Positions 16,492 to 26,349 of a stretch of DNA of 36,580 bases are shown here, one piece after another. The position numbers were made by a program, and so were the translations under genes. The stretch spans positions 1 through 36,580 of the forward strand of contig CAIOCH010000040.1 in assembly GCA_903856525.1 (NCBI GenBank). Reading direction: 5' to 3'. This stretch comes from an uncultured bacterium. GTDB taxonomy: Bacteria; Planctomycetota; Phycisphaerae; Phycisphaerales; SM1A02. Below the pieces are notes generated by a model that searched no databases, was not told the DNA's origin, and saw only the letters and a program-made list of their open reading frames with translations. Each line of letters opens with the position of its first letter. The first letter of the stretch is position 1.

Positions 16492-18051
16492 ATGCCACTT
16501 CGAGTGCTCATGCTCGGCTGGGAGTTCCCCCCGTTCATCACGGGAGGTCTCGGCACGGCCTGCTACGGGCTGACGAAGGCGCTTGACCGCCAGCACATCG
16601 ACGTCACGTTCGTGCTGCCCAAGTCGGTGCCCGCCGACAGCGCATCGCATGTCCGGCTCGTGAGTCCGGGCTCGGTGCTCGAGCGGGTCGCCGGACGGAT
16701 TCCTGCGCCGGTGGCGCCGTCCTCCACGCGCGGGATCACGCCACCCGTCGCCCCCGAGCGGGCGCCGGCCGCGGCTTCCGCCGAGATGACATCCTCCGAG
16801 CGCGAGCAGTGGAGCCGCATCGCCGAGGAGTTCACTTCCACGCGCTTCCTGCACATCCCCGGCGAGTATGCCGGCGTGTACGACGCCACGGCACCGTCCT
16901 CCACGCCTGCGCCCGCGTCGCGCGTGGCGGAGAGCGTGCGCATGATGCGCGAGGCGGGCTGGAGCATCGAGCGCATCCGCACGCTGGCCAAGGCGGGCGC
17001 GTTTCCCGAGATGACCGCCGACCCCGTGGAACGCGCCATCGAGACGGCGCTGCCAGAGACGGCGGGACGGGCCAAGGAGGCGGTGGGTGCGCGCGGCGCC
17101 GATGCCGCCGACTACTCGGGCGATCTCCTCGGCATGGCGGAGCGCTACGCGCGGTTCGTGGTGGACGCCACGCGTGGACTCGACTTCGACGTCATCCACG
17201 CGCACGATTGGCTCACCTACCCCGCCGGACTCGCGGTGGCGCGGCTGACGGGCAAGCCGCTCGTGGTGCATGTCCACTCGACCGAGTTCGACCGCTCGGG
17301 CGAGCATCCCAACCAGCAGGTGTACAACATCGAGCGTCGCGGCATGCACGGCGCCACGCGCGCCATCGCGGTGAGCATGCTCACCAAGAACGTCTGCATC
17401 AACCGCTACGGCGTCAACGGCGCCAAGATCGACGTCGTCTACAACGGCGTCGACCTCGACCCGGCCGGAGCAGGCGTGCAGCCGATCCACTCCAAGGACA
17501 AGATCGTCCTCTACTTCGGCCGCATCACCATGCAGAAGGGCCCGGAGTACTTCATCCAGGCCGCCAAGAAGGTGCTCGAGCACATGGACGACGTGAAGTT
17601 CGTCGTGGCGGGGTCTGGCGACCAGGCGCAGCGCATGATCGAGATGGCCGCGTCCATGGGAATCGGCCACAAGGTGCTGTTCACGGGCTTCCTGCGCGGC
17701 CGCGACATCGCGCGCGTGTTCGCCATGGCCGACCTCTACGTGATGCCGAGCGTGAGCGAGCCCTTCGGCATCGCGCCGCTCGAGGCGATGAGCCACAACG
17801 TGCCCGTGCTCATCTCCAAGAGCTCTGGCGTGAGCGAGGTGCTCATGCACGCGCTCAAGGTCGACTTCTGGGACATCGAGGACATGGCCGACAAGATCAT
17901 CGCCGTGCTCCGCTATCCCCCGCTGTCGCGGCAACTGGTGGAGCACGGTTCCTTCGAGATCCGCGGCATCAACTGGGACGGCGCGGCCACGCGGACGGCG
18001 CGGGTGTACGAGCGTGCGATCGCAGCAGCGTCGGCCCGTCCCGCCTACTGA
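16492..18051 (+). CDS. Glycogen-synthase-like glycosyltransferase (GT-B, archaeal-type GT5/GT4) with a ~150-aa insertion after the N-terminal glycine loop
   Basis: The N-terminus LRVLMLGWEFPPFITGGLGTACYGL resembles archaeal glycogen synthase (MKVLLLGFEFLPVKVGGLAEA). Other motifs are HAHDWLT, HVHSTEFDRSG and the GT-B C-terminal motif PSVSEPFGIAPLEAM. Confidence 0.8.
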   Translation: MPLRVLMLGWEFPPFITGGLGTACYGLTKALDRQHIDVTFVLPKSVPADSASHVRLVSPGSVLERVAGRIPAPVAPSSTRGITPPVAPERAPAAASAEMTSSEREQWSRIAEEFTSTRFLHIPGEYAGVYDATAPSSTPAPASRVAESVRMMREAGWSIERIRTLAKAGAFPEMTADPVERAIETALPETAGRAKEAVGARGADAADYSGDLLGMAERYARFVVDATRGLDFDVIHAHDWLTYPAGLAVARLTGKPLVVHVHSTEFDRSGEHPNQQVYNIERRGMHGATRAIAVSMLTKNVCINRYGVNGAKIDVVYNGVDLDPAGAGVQPIHSKDKIVLYFGRITMQKGPEYFIQAAKKVLEHMDDVKFVVAGSGDQAQRMIEMAASMGIGHKVLFTGFLRGRDIARVFAMADLYVMPSVSEPFGIAPLEAMSHNVPVLISKSSGVSEVLMHALKVDFWDIEDMADKIIAVLRYPPLSRQLVEHGSFEIRGINWDGAATRTARVYERAIAAASARPAY

Positions 18052-18115
18052 CCGCGCGCGCCCCGCGTTTCCTGCGGACTTCCGAGGGGGCGCAGGATCT
18101 ATACTGCACGGCTCT

Positions 18116-21100
18116 ATGGCCTTGTTTTTCAAGTCGAAGAAGTCCGCGACCTCCAGCACCCCCGCCGCACCGGCCGCACCCGGTGGCACGGTCGTCGAGC
18201 GCGATCCCGCCCTCGAGGCGCGCGCGCAGGCGATCGGCGCAGATTTCCTCACCCGCGCCCGCAACGCGCGAACGAACATGCTGGCGGTCTGGAGCGAGGG
18301 GCTCATGGACTGGGCCATGCAGGACGAGGCCTTCAAGGTCCAGCTCTTCCGCTTCGTCGACTGCTTCCCCACGCTCAAGGACAACGACGCGGTCTACGAC
18401 CACCTGACCGACTACCTGTCGCAGCCGGGCGTGACGCCACCGCCCTTCGTGGCGACGGGACTCAAGGCGGGCGCCCTGATGAAGGGCGTCGTGACCAAGA
18501 CGATGTCGGGGCAGATCACCTCGATGGCGCAGAAGTTCATCGCCGGCACCGACGCAGCCAGCGCGCTGCCGACGCTGCGGAAGATCTGGGATTCCGGGCT
18601 CTGCTTCTCCGTGGATCTCCTCGGCGAGGCGTGCGTGAGCGACGAGGAGGCGGAGGCATACCGGCGCAAGTACCTCGACCTCATCGAGAACCTGCCGCAG
18701 TCGGTGGCGTCGTGGGGTGCGAACCCGCGGCTCGAGTCCGACCACCTCGGCGCGATCCCCCGCACGAATGTCTCGATCAAGATCAGTTCGCTCTCCGCGC
18801 GCGTCGATCCGATCGACACCGAGGGCTCGATCAACGGGCTCCTCGAGAACATTGGTCCCATCCTCGTCGCCGCGAAGCGGAAGGGCGTCCTCGTCAACTT
18901 CGACATGGAGCAGTTCGCGCTCAAGGACCTCACCCTCGAGCTCTTCATGCGCGCCTGCGAGAAGTACGACTTCGAGGCGGGCCTCGCCATGCAGGCGTAC
19001 CTCCGCTCGGGCGACGATGACGCGCGTCGGATCATCGACTGGGCGCGGAAGTCGGGGCGCCAGGTCACGGTGCGCCTCGTGAAGGGCGCGTACTGGGACT
19101 ACGAGACCATCAACGCCGAGCAGCAAGGCTGGCCCGTGCCCGTGTGGAGCCGCAAGGTCGACACCGACGCGAGCTTCGAGCGGATGGCCGCGGCATTCGT
19201 CGCCTCGACGCCGGCGACGAAGGGCGAGGGCGGCGTGAAGCTCGCGCTCGGAAGCCACAACGCGCGCTCCATCGCCGCGACGCTCGCCGCGCTCGAGAAG
19301 CGCAACCTCCCGAAGTCGGCGCTCGAGCTGCAGATGCTCTACGGCATGGGCGACCAGCTCAAGGCCGCCGCGGTCGAGCTCGACCTGCGCCTGCGCGAGT
19401 ATGTCCCCATCGGCGAGCTCATCCCGGGCATGGCGTACCTCGTGCGCCGCCTGCTCGAGAACAGCTCCAACGAGTCGTGGCTCAAGGCGGGCTTCAAGGA
19501 CAACGCGTCGACCGAGCGGCTGCTCGCGAGCCCCCACCGCGCGTTCGAGAACGACCTCGGCGTCGACCGGATCGCGAAGGCACCCGAGCGCCACGCGCTG
19601 AGCGCGGTGCCGGCGGGCATCTCCAACGGCCGCGCCTTCTACACCGAACCGATGCGCAACTTCGCCGTCAAGGCGCAGCGCGACGCCTACGGCGCAGCCG
19701 TGGCCCGCGCAAGCGTGCCCCAGATCGCGAACGCGGGCACCGCCGACGACGCGAAGCGCGCGGTCGCGACGGCGCATGCAGCGTTCGATTCGTGGCGCGA
19801 CACCGAGTACTCGACGCGTGCCGCCGTGCTGGTCGCCGCTGCGAACGAGATGCGTGCGCGGCGCGACGAACTCTCCGCCATCATCGTGCGCGAGTCGGGC
19901 AAGGTCTGGCGCGAGGCCGATGCCGATGTGTGCGAGGCGATCGACTTCTGCGAGTACTACGCGCGCGAGGGCGCGCGGCTGTTCGCGGCGGAGCGGCTCG
20001 GGCAGTTCGTCGGCGAGCTCGACGAGCAGTGGTACCAGCCGCGCGGAGTCGCGGCGGTGATCGCGCCATGGAACTTCCCGCTCGCGATCTGCTGCGGCAT
20101 GACCGTCGCGGCGCTCGTGACGGGCAACACGGTCGTCGTGAAGCCCGCGGAGCAGACACCCGGCATCGCGCGGATCATGTGCGACATCCTGTGGAAGGCG
20201 GGCGCCCCGAGGGAGGTGCTGCACTTCATCGCCGGACCCGGCGAGACCGTGGGCGCAACGCTCGTCCGCGATCCCCGCGTGGCGCTCATCGCGTTCACGG
20301 GTTCGAAGGCGGTCGGCCTCGACATCGTGCAGGCATCCGGAGTCGTCGTGCCCGGGCAGGAGTTCGTCAAGAAGGTCGTGTGCGAGATGGGCGGAAAGAA
20401 CGCCATCATCGTCGATACCTCTGCGGACCTCGACGAGGCGGTGCTCGGCGTGCGGCAGAGCGCGTTCGGATTCTGCGGACAGAAGTGCTCCGCATGCAGC
20501 CGCGTGATCGTGGTCGGCAGCGCGTACGAGCCGTTCCTGCACCGGCTCGTGGGCGCGACGCGCGCGCTCGTCGTCGGCGATCCGATGAACCCGGGAACCG
20601 ACATCGGGCCGGTGATCGACGAGGAGGCCGCGAGGAAGATCCGCTCGTACATCGAGATCGGCAAGGGCGAGGGCAGGCACGAGCTCACGCTCGATGTGCC
20701 GGCCGGACTCGACGCGAAGGTGGGCAAGCCGTTCGTCGGCCCGACGATCTTCAGCGGCGTCAAGCCGACCGCGCGCATCGCGCGCGAGGAGATCTTCGGA
20801 CCGGTGCTCGCGGTGATGCCGGCAGCCAGCTTCGATGAGGCGCTCGCGATGGCGAATGCACCCGAGTACAAGCTGACGGGCGGCGTCTACAGCCGCAAAC
20901 CGGCGAACCTGGTGCGGGCACGGCGGGAGTTCCGCGTCGGCAACCTCTACCTGAACCGCGGGATCACCGGCGCGCTCGTCGGACGCCAGCCCTTCGGTGG
21001 CTTCGGTATGTCGGGCATCGGCTCGAAGGCGGGCGGACGCGACTACCTGCTCCAGTTCGTGGAGCCGCGCGCGGTGTGCGAGAACACAATGCGCCGCGGC

Positions 21101-21121
21101 TTCGCGCCCGGGCTCGAGTGA
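18116..21121 (+). CDS. putA: Bifunctional proline dehydrogenase / L-glutamate gamma-semialdehyde (P5C) dehydrogenase PutA, no N-terminal DNA-binding domain
   Basis: 1001 aa from the ATG at 18116. The PRODH barrel region contains FSVDLLGEA, VRLVKGAYWDYE and MLYGMGD. The ALDH half contains PWNFPLAI, EMGGKNAIIVD and the catalytic FGFCGQKCSACSR. Confidence 0.93.
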   Translation: MALFFKSKKSATSSTPAAPAAPGGTVVERDPALEARAQAIGADFLTRARNARTNMLAVWSEGLMDWAMQDEAFKVQLFRFVDCFPTLKDNDAVYDHLTDYLSQPGVTPPPFVATGLKAGALMKGVVTKTMSGQITSMAQKFIAGTDAASALPTLRKIWDSGLCFSVDLLGEACVSDEEAEAYRRKYLDLIENLPQSVASWGANPRLESDHLGAIPRTNVSIKISSLSARVDPIDTEGSINGLLENIGPILVAAKRKGVLVNFDMEQFALKDLTLELFMRACEKYDFEAGLAMQAYLRSGDDDARRIIDWARKSGRQVTVRLVKGAYWDYETINAEQQGWPVPVWSRKVDTDASFERMAAAFVASTPATKGEGGVKLALGSHNARSIAATLAALEKRNLPKSALELQMLYGMGDQLKAAAVELDLRLREYVPIGELIPGMAYLVRRLLENSSNESWLKAGFKDNASTERLLASPHRAFENDLGVDRIAKAPERHALSAVPAGISNGRAFYTEPMRNFAVKAQRDAYGAAVARASVPQIANAGTADDAKRAVATAHAAFDSWRDTEYSTRAAVLVAAANEMRARRDELSAIIVRESGKVWREADADVCEAIDFCEYYAREGARLFAAERLGQFVGELDEQWYQPRGVAAVIAPWNFPLAICCGMTVAALVTGNTVVVKPAEQTPGIARIMCDILWKAGAPREVLHFIAGPGETVGATLVRDPRVALIAFTGSKAVGLDIVQASGVVVPGQEFVKKVVCEMGGKNAIIVDTSADLDEAVLGVRQSAFGFCGQKCSACSRVIVVGSAYEPFLHRLVGATRALVVGDPMNPGTDIGPVIDEEAARKIRSYIEIGKGEGRHELTLDVPAGLDAKVGKPFVGPTIFSGVKPTARIAREEIFGPVLAVMPAASFDEALAMANAPEYKLTGGVYSRKPANLVRARREFRVGNLYLNRGITGALVGRQPFGGFGMSGIGSKAGGRDYLLQFVEPRAVCENTMRRGFAPGLE

Positions 21122-21210
21122 TCGTTGGCGAAATTTTCGCAGCGTGGATTTCCCGCCCAAAGAAAAGCAGCAAGTCGGGTCGGCCACCGCAGCGCGGGTA
21201 GAACCGCGGC

Positions 21211-22758
21211 ATGCAACGAATCCAGAGTTTTGCCCTTCGTGGGATCGACGCCCTTTCCGTCGAGATCGAGTGCGACGAACGCCCCCGCCGCGGGGACGCG
21301 CCGCAGGATCCCGGCCCGCGCACCTACATCGTTGGCCTGCCCGACGCGAGTGTCCGTGAATCGCACCAGCGCGTGCGGGCAGCGCTTTCGGCGAGCAGAC
21401 TGCCCCACCCCCGAGGCGACTGCCTGATCAACCTCGCCCCGGCGGACCTTCGCAAGGAAGGTCCCGTCTACGACCTGCCCATCGCGGTCGCGCTGCTGCG
21501 CATGCAGGGCGTGATCGGCGAGGCGGCCGACGCCATGCTCGATCACTTCGCCATCGCCGGCGAGTTGTCCCTCGACGGAATGGTTCGTCCGATCCGCGGC
21601 GCCACCAGCCTCGCCGCCTTCGCACGCGAGCAGGGTCTGCGGGGCGTGATCCTCCCACGCGCCAACGCACCGGAGGCGGCGGTGGTCGAGGGGATCGATG
21701 TCTACGGGGTGGAGCAGCTCGACGAGACGGTCGGATTCCTCAACGGCCTCGTGGACATCCGGCGCGAGCGCCCGCCGGCGGAGTGTCCGCCCCCCTTCGG
21801 CGCAGCGCTCGACTTTGCGGATGTCCGCGGCCAGGAGGCCGCCAAGCGCGCGCTTGGACTCGCAGCCGCGGGTGGGCACAACGCGCTGCTGATCGGCCCC
21901 GCCGGGAGCGGCAAGACCATGATGGCCCGCGCCCTACCCGGGATCCTCCCCCCGCTGAGCCCGAGCGAGGCCCTGGATGTCACCCGGATCTACTCCTCCA
22001 TCGGGGCAGTGCCGCGCGGTGCGGGTCTGATCCGGGAACGACCGTTCCGGTCACCACACCACTCGTCGAGCGCCGCAGCGATCGTGGGCGGAGGCTCGGT
22101 GCCGCGCCCGGGCGAGGTGAGTCTCGCGCACCATGGTGTGCTCTTCCTCGACGAGCTGCCGGAGTTTCCCCGTGTGGCACTCGAGTCCCTCCGCGAACCG
22201 CTCGAGGATGGCTTCGTCACCATATCGCGCGCCAATGGCACGGTGAGGTTTCCCGCGCACACGATGCTCGTGGCGGCCATGAATCCGACGCATGCCGGAG
22301 GCTTCGCGCAGAGCGCGACCGAACGGCGGGCGCAGGACAAGTACATCGGCAAGCTCTCCGGGCCCCTGCTCGACCGCATCGACCTGCACGTCGAGGTCCG
22401 CGCCGTGCCCTTCGCCTCGCTGCAGTCGAGCCGAGTGGGCATGTCGAGCCTGGGTCTTCGGTCGAAGGTGCTCGATGCACGAGGGCGGATGGAGGCGCGG
22501 CAGGGAAAGGGCAAGCCGAACGCCCGAATGGGTGGACGCGAACTCGATCGCTGCTGCGCCCTCGACGGACCAGCACAGCGGCTGCTCGAGGGGGCGATGC
22601 GGGATCTCGGGCTGTCGGCACGCGCGTACGACCGCGTGCGCCGCGTGGCACGCACGATCGCGGACTTCGATGGCGTCGATGACGTGGGCGAGGCCCAGGT
22701 CGCTGAAGCGATCCACTATCGCATCCTCGACCGCATGCGCGCGGGAGTCTCCGCGTGA
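21211..22758 (+). CDS. comM: Mg-chelatase-like AAA+ ATPase YifB/ComM family
   Basis: Evidence is the N-terminal Lon-protease-like ChlI domain (MQRIQSFALRGIDALSVEIECD..., AGELSLDG), Walker A GPAGSGKTMMA, Walker B GVLFLDELPEF and a C-terminal ComM tail. Confidence 0.93.
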   Translation: MQRIQSFALRGIDALSVEIECDERPRRGDAPQDPGPRTYIVGLPDASVRESHQRVRAALSASRLPHPRGDCLINLAPADLRKEGPVYDLPIAVALLRMQGVIGEAADAMLDHFAIAGELSLDGMVRPIRGATSLAAFAREQGLRGVILPRANAPEAAVVEGIDVYGVEQLDETVGFLNGLVDIRRERPPAECPPPFGAALDFADVRGQEAAKRALGLAAAGGHNALLIGPAGSGKTMMARALPGILPPLSPSEALDVTRIYSSIGAVPRGAGLIRERPFRSPHHSSSAAAIVGGGSVPRPGEVSLAHHGVLFLDELPEFPRVALESLREPLEDGFVTISRANGTVRFPAHTMLVAAMNPTHAGGFAQSATERRAQDKYIGKLSGPLLDRIDLHVEVRAVPFASLQSSRVGMSSLGLRSKVLDARGRMEARQGKGKPNARMGGRELDRCCALDGPAQRLLEGAMRDLGLSARAYDRVRRVARTIADFDGVDDVGEAQVAEAIHYRILDRMRAGVSA

Positions 22759-22883
22759 AGCGCCGCCATCACGCCCTGATCGGGCGCTGCATCGGTCATG
22801 CGCGGCGCGCGCTGACGGACATCCTCCGGGAGTTCCTTCTCGCGCTCGCACCGGCTGCGGACGACGCTCGGATCGGCGCCGTC

Positions 22884-23687
22884 TCAACGCACGGGGCGAC
22901 GCACTCGACGGAACCCGTTGGGGAGTCCGTCGGCGTACTCCCAGACCGTCACATCGATTTCCTGCACTCCCCAGAGCACCGCGACCTCGTGCGTCGGATA
23001 GAGCACATCGAGTCGATTGCCCTTGATCGCACCACCCGTGTCGAGGACGGGCACCACGGATCCATCGTCGTAGCCGGGGACGCTGACCAGCGATCCGAGC
23101 GGGAGGACGCGCGGATCGGCGGCCACCATGAAGCCGCCGTTGGTGAGCACGGAGTAGCCGCTGGCGGTGATCCCGTCGGCGCTCTCACCGCAACTGCGCC
23201 AGTCGGGGCTGTAGGCAGTGACCTTCATGCGGAGCGTGGCCACGGGGCGAATCGGACGACCGTTGTAAAGAGCCACCTGCGCCGCCTGCCCGACCGGCGC
23301 CGGCATGCAGTCGGCGGTGCTCGTACCCATGTGGCAGCCGAGCATGCGGGCGATCGCAGCAAGCCCGGACTCGGAGCGGACGCCCGTGAAGATCCGCCGA
23401 ATCGAGCCTCGGTCGAGCACCGGACGGCCATCGAGCCGCGCGGCATGCTCGTGCTCCCCGACGTGCACATCGACGTCCATATCCAAGGACGAGCGATCCG
23501 CCGCACTGGGTGCGACATCGACCGACGACGAGCCAAACGTCGAGAACACACCAGCGGTGGAGCTGCTCGAGGCGCGCTGCCCCGTCCCCACCCCGAGTGT
23601 GACCAATCCCGCGACCGCGAACGCAGCCACGACCGTGGCGAGATGCGCCCGAGGCGTCGAGAGAAGTTTGCGGGGCAACCACTGCAT
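22884..23687 (-). CDS. 3D-domain (MltA/YuiC-like) cell-wall-associated protein with an N-terminal signal anchor
   Basis: The C-terminal segment VTAYSPDWRSCGESADGITASGYSV...VAADPRVLPLGSLVSVPGY...VLDTGGAIKGNRLDVLY matches the 3D domain pattern. I chose the start at M41 of the track ORF (MQWLPRKLLSTPRAHLATVVAAFAVAGLV). Alternative upstream starts are at 23783 and 23807. Confidence 0.75.
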   Translation of the reverse strand: MQWLPRKLLSTPRAHLATVVAAFAVAGLVTLGVGTGQRASSSSTAGVFSTFGSSSVDVAPSAADRSSLDMDVDVHVGEHEHAARLDGRPVLDRGSIRRIFTGVRSESGLAAIARMLGCHMGTSTADCMPAPVGQAAQVALYNGRPIRPVATLRMKVTAYSPDWRSCGESADGITASGYSVLTNGGFMVAADPRVLPLGSLVSVPGYDDGSVVPVLDTGGAIKGNRLDVLYPTHEVAVLWGVQEIDVTVWEYADGLPNGFRRVRRPVR

Positions 23688-23880
23688 GATGCGACTGGGC
23701 TGGGTACCACGATGACCGCTACCGTCGGGGGGCGCAATCCGTCCGAAACTGCGCGGGGCGATCGTAGCGTCGATCCGGGTCATGTCCACACCCGCACGCC
23801 AGGCCAACCCGCAACTGGTGCCTCTGCGACAACCAACTGCCTGTCTCCATGTCCCGAATCAGGCAGCGCCTGCAGCCGTG

Positions 23881-24756
23881 ATGGCGTGTCTGTTACGCTG
23901 CAAATCCGTGGACTGGTCGATCTCCTCCATCATCGCGGTCTGCCTGATCGGTCTCGTCGGGGGGTGCCTCGGGGGCATGCTCGGCCTGGGGGGCTCGGTG
24001 TTCATCATTCCGGCGCTGTCCCTGGCGCTGGGGCCAAACCAACACCTCTATCAGGCGGCTGCGCTCACTGCCAACATCTTCGTCGCGGTCGCCGCCACGA
24101 GAAGACACATCGGCAAGGGCACCATCCAGCCGGACATCCTTCCATGGATGGTCGTTTCCGCGGGAGCGATGGCCATCGTGGGCGTTCTCGCGAGCAACCA
24201 GATTGAACCGCGACCACTGGCCGCGCTGTTCGGGATCTTCCTCTGCTATGCGGCGGTCGCCGAGTGCATCTCGCTGGCCCTCAGACGACCCGATGCAGCC
24301 GGATCCGAGCGAACGCGGGGCCACGCCACGGCCGTCGCCCTGACGGCGGGGTCGGCGGGTGGCTTCGCGGCTGGACTCCTGGGTATCGGCGGGGGCGCCG
24401 TGATGGTTCCGATCCTTCGCCGGTTCGGAAGATTGCCCGTGCGGCAAGCGGTCGCCACATCGAGCGCCGCCATGATCTCCGCCTGCATCGTGGGCGCGAT
24501 CTCAAAGAACATGTCGCTTGACGGACTGCAGGACTTCGGCGGCCAGAGCCTCACCATCAGCTCGTCGCTCTCACTCGCCGCGCTGCTGTCTCCAATGGCC
24601 ATGCTGGGCGGCACGATCGGCGCAGCGCTGGTCTATCGCCTACCGGTGATGGTGACGCGTGGAGTGCTGGCCGCGCTGCTCGCCTTCGCAGGCTACCGAA
24701 TGCTCTCCATCGGGGGGCAGTCGCTGCTCGACGCGCTCCGCAGTGGAGCGATGTGA
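23881..24756 (+). CDS. TauE/SafE (TSUP, DUF81) family anion exporter-type membrane protein
   Basis: Two internal repeats carry GGMLGLGGSVFIIPAL and AGLLGIGGGAVMVPIL, with ~8 hydrophobic helices. The start is set at ATG 23881 (MACLLRCKSVDWSISSIIAV...). Confidence 0.8.
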   Translation: MACLLRCKSVDWSISSIIAVCLIGLVGGCLGGMLGLGGSVFIIPALSLALGPNQHLYQAAALTANIFVAVAATRRHIGKGTIQPDILPWMVVSAGAMAIVGVLASNQIEPRPLAALFGIFLCYAAVAECISLALRRPDAAGSERTRGHATAVALTAGSAGGFAAGLLGIGGGAVMVPILRRFGRLPVRQAVATSSAAMISACIVGAISKNMSLDGLQDFGGQSLTISSSLSLAALLSPMAMLGGTIGAALVYRLPVMVTRGVLAALLAFAGYRMLSIGGQSLLDALRSGAM

Positions 24757-24839
24757 CGAGCAGAGCCCGCGATCATGGCAGAGGTGAGGCGGACGCAGCC
24801 GTTCCGAGCTGAACAACGGGTTCGCGTGCCGTTTCGGAA

Positions 24840-26024
24840 TCAGCGTCCGTAGCAGCCAGTGTGGCCCTTCGGAACATACTGGCCCCAGACGGCCTGCTCG
24901 ACCTGACGGCCTGTCGAGGAATAGACCATGAAGGGGATCCAAGTGACACCGAGGACGTCCGCGTTCGGCACCACCCGGAGGAACACCCGCATCACATCGC
25001 CCTCGAGCTTGGTCTCGATCAACTCGACGCGCGCGGCGCTGGACGAACTCGCGGCGGCAACGATGGACTCGCCAGCCGCCATCTTGGTCAGCTCGAGCAC
25101 GAAGTCGTAGGTCGACCCCTGCTCCTGTCTGCCGAACGTGTGGCGGTACTCGGTGGGCGCGATGCCGCGCGGGATGAGGACAGTCGACTCGTGGCGCACG
25201 AAGATGTCCACGAGTGGGCAGTCCGCGCGATCCGTCTCGATGATCCAGTAGCGCTTGGCCTCGCCGGGAGCGAAGTCGCGCTCGAAGTCCCAATCGAGCA
25301 GATACTGGCTCCGCGGAGCGTCCTTCTCCGAATCAAAGCCGACGAGATTCGGCTTCTTGCCTCCCACCGCACAGATGGTGAAGGGCTGCTTGTCGATGGA
25401 CTCGATCACGGTGCGCCCGGTGGTCGGCATACCCTTGACGACGTTCAGGTAGGACGGACTGACGCGGATGGGAAGCGAGACCTCCTGCTTCAATTGGATG
25501 GGCACCACCTGGCTGTAGCCATCGATGAGCACCTTGATGTCCGCACCCTTCTTGCCGGGAGCCGACTGGGCCTTCATCACCGCGCGGAGCTCGATCGATC
25601 CACCCGCGGGGATCTTCTTGCCAGACATATCCTCGAGCGTGGTGCACTTGCAGCTGGGCTGCACGGTGAGAATCTCAAGTTCCTTGGTCCCGGTATTGAC
25701 GAGCTTGACCACGCCCTCCTTCGAGACCGAAGGAGGGACGATCCCGAAGTCGATCACCTCAGGCTCCAGACGGATCGGGGGCATCTCATCCACTGACTCC
25801 GCCGCGACTTCCTGCGTCGGCGCGGCCGGCGCCGCCAGCCCCGGCTGAGGAGCGGCTGGGACCGCTTGCGGGGCAGCCGCCGTCGGTTGTACCGAGGCGT
25901 TCGGCTGAGGGGATCCGCCATCACACCCAAGCAAGCCCAAGGGCATCCCAAGAAGCCCTCCCATCAGGAGCAATCCAAGGGTTGCCTTTGACACGGGGCG
26001 AAGCGCGCGGAAGTTGGATTGCAT
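24840..26024 (-). CDS. DUF1573-domain lipoprotein with additional C-terminal beta-rich domains
   Basis: A signal peptide with a lipobox is present (MQSNFRALRPVSKATLGLLLMGGLLGMPLGLLGC). A Pro/Ala linker follows. The DUF1573 pattern is IDFGIVPPSVSKEGVVKLVNTGTKELEILTVQPSCKCTT...IPAGGSIELRAV. About 230 further residues belong to no family I recognise. Confidence 0.75.
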   Translation of the reverse strand: MQSNFRALRPVSKATLGLLLMGGLLGMPLGLLGCDGGSPQPNASVQPTAAAPQAVPAAPQPGLAAPAAPTQEVAAESVDEMPPIRLEPEVIDFGIVPPSVSKEGVVKLVNTGTKELEILTVQPSCKCTTLEDMSGKKIPAGGSIELRAVMKAQSAPGKKGADIKVLIDGYSQVVPIQLKQEVSLPIRVSPSYLNVVKGMPTTGRTVIESIDKQPFTICAVGGKKPNLVGFDSEKDAPRSQYLLDWDFERDFAPGEAKRYWIIETDRADCPLVDIFVRHESTVLIPRGIAPTEYRHTFGRQEQGSTYDFVLELTKMAAGESIVAAASSSSAARVELIETKLEGDVMRVFLRVVPNADVLGVTWIPFMVYSSTGRQVEQAVWGQYVPKGHTGCYGR

Positions 26025-26308
26025 GGTGCTGGGGGCTCTTTGGGAAATCGACGGGCTCATCGGCGGTCCAGTCAGCGGGGCCACCCGATGGGCTTCCGAG
26101 GCGTCGGATACTCCCTCCCTCCCCGACCGTTGCAGGCAGCGGCGAGGGGGGCGGGGATTCTATCGCCCCGCGGTGCCTGGATGGGCGTCGGGGAGATGAG
26201 GGGACCTTCGGTCGACCGCCGCCCGAGTGCGCCATGAGCCGATGCCGACGACTGCCTAGGGGTCGACCATGCCGCCTGGACGGACTGGTTGGGCGATTCC
26301 AAGAAAAA

Positions 26309-26349
26309 TTGCCTCAATGACTTGCATCCCCACATTCCAGTGGCACATT
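26309..26349 (+). promoter_or_regulatory. Two overlapping promoter-like modules, TTGCCT-N16-CACATT and TTGCAT-N16-CACATT, preceded by an A-tract
   Basis: The elements are AAGAAAAA at 26301-26308, TTGCCT at 26309-14 with CACATT at 26331-36, and TTGCAT at 26322-27 with CACATT at 26344-49. This is the locally most AT-rich stretch of the window. No gene follows for ~400 nt. Confidence 0.3.

Noticed and set aside
17969-21187. A very long antisense ORF (1072 aa) opposite putA. Similar giant ORFs lie opposite infB (33682-36105), fusA (1928-3103, 3122-4444), ribD (6035-7543), the GT (16258-18384) and the DUF4340/GldG genes (7553-9973).
   Set aside because: These are typical high-GC shadow ORFs. Their composition is dominated by Arg/Ala/Gly/Pro/His with no recognisable motifs. 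Each lies opposite a gene with unambiguous conserved motifs, and none has SD or start context.
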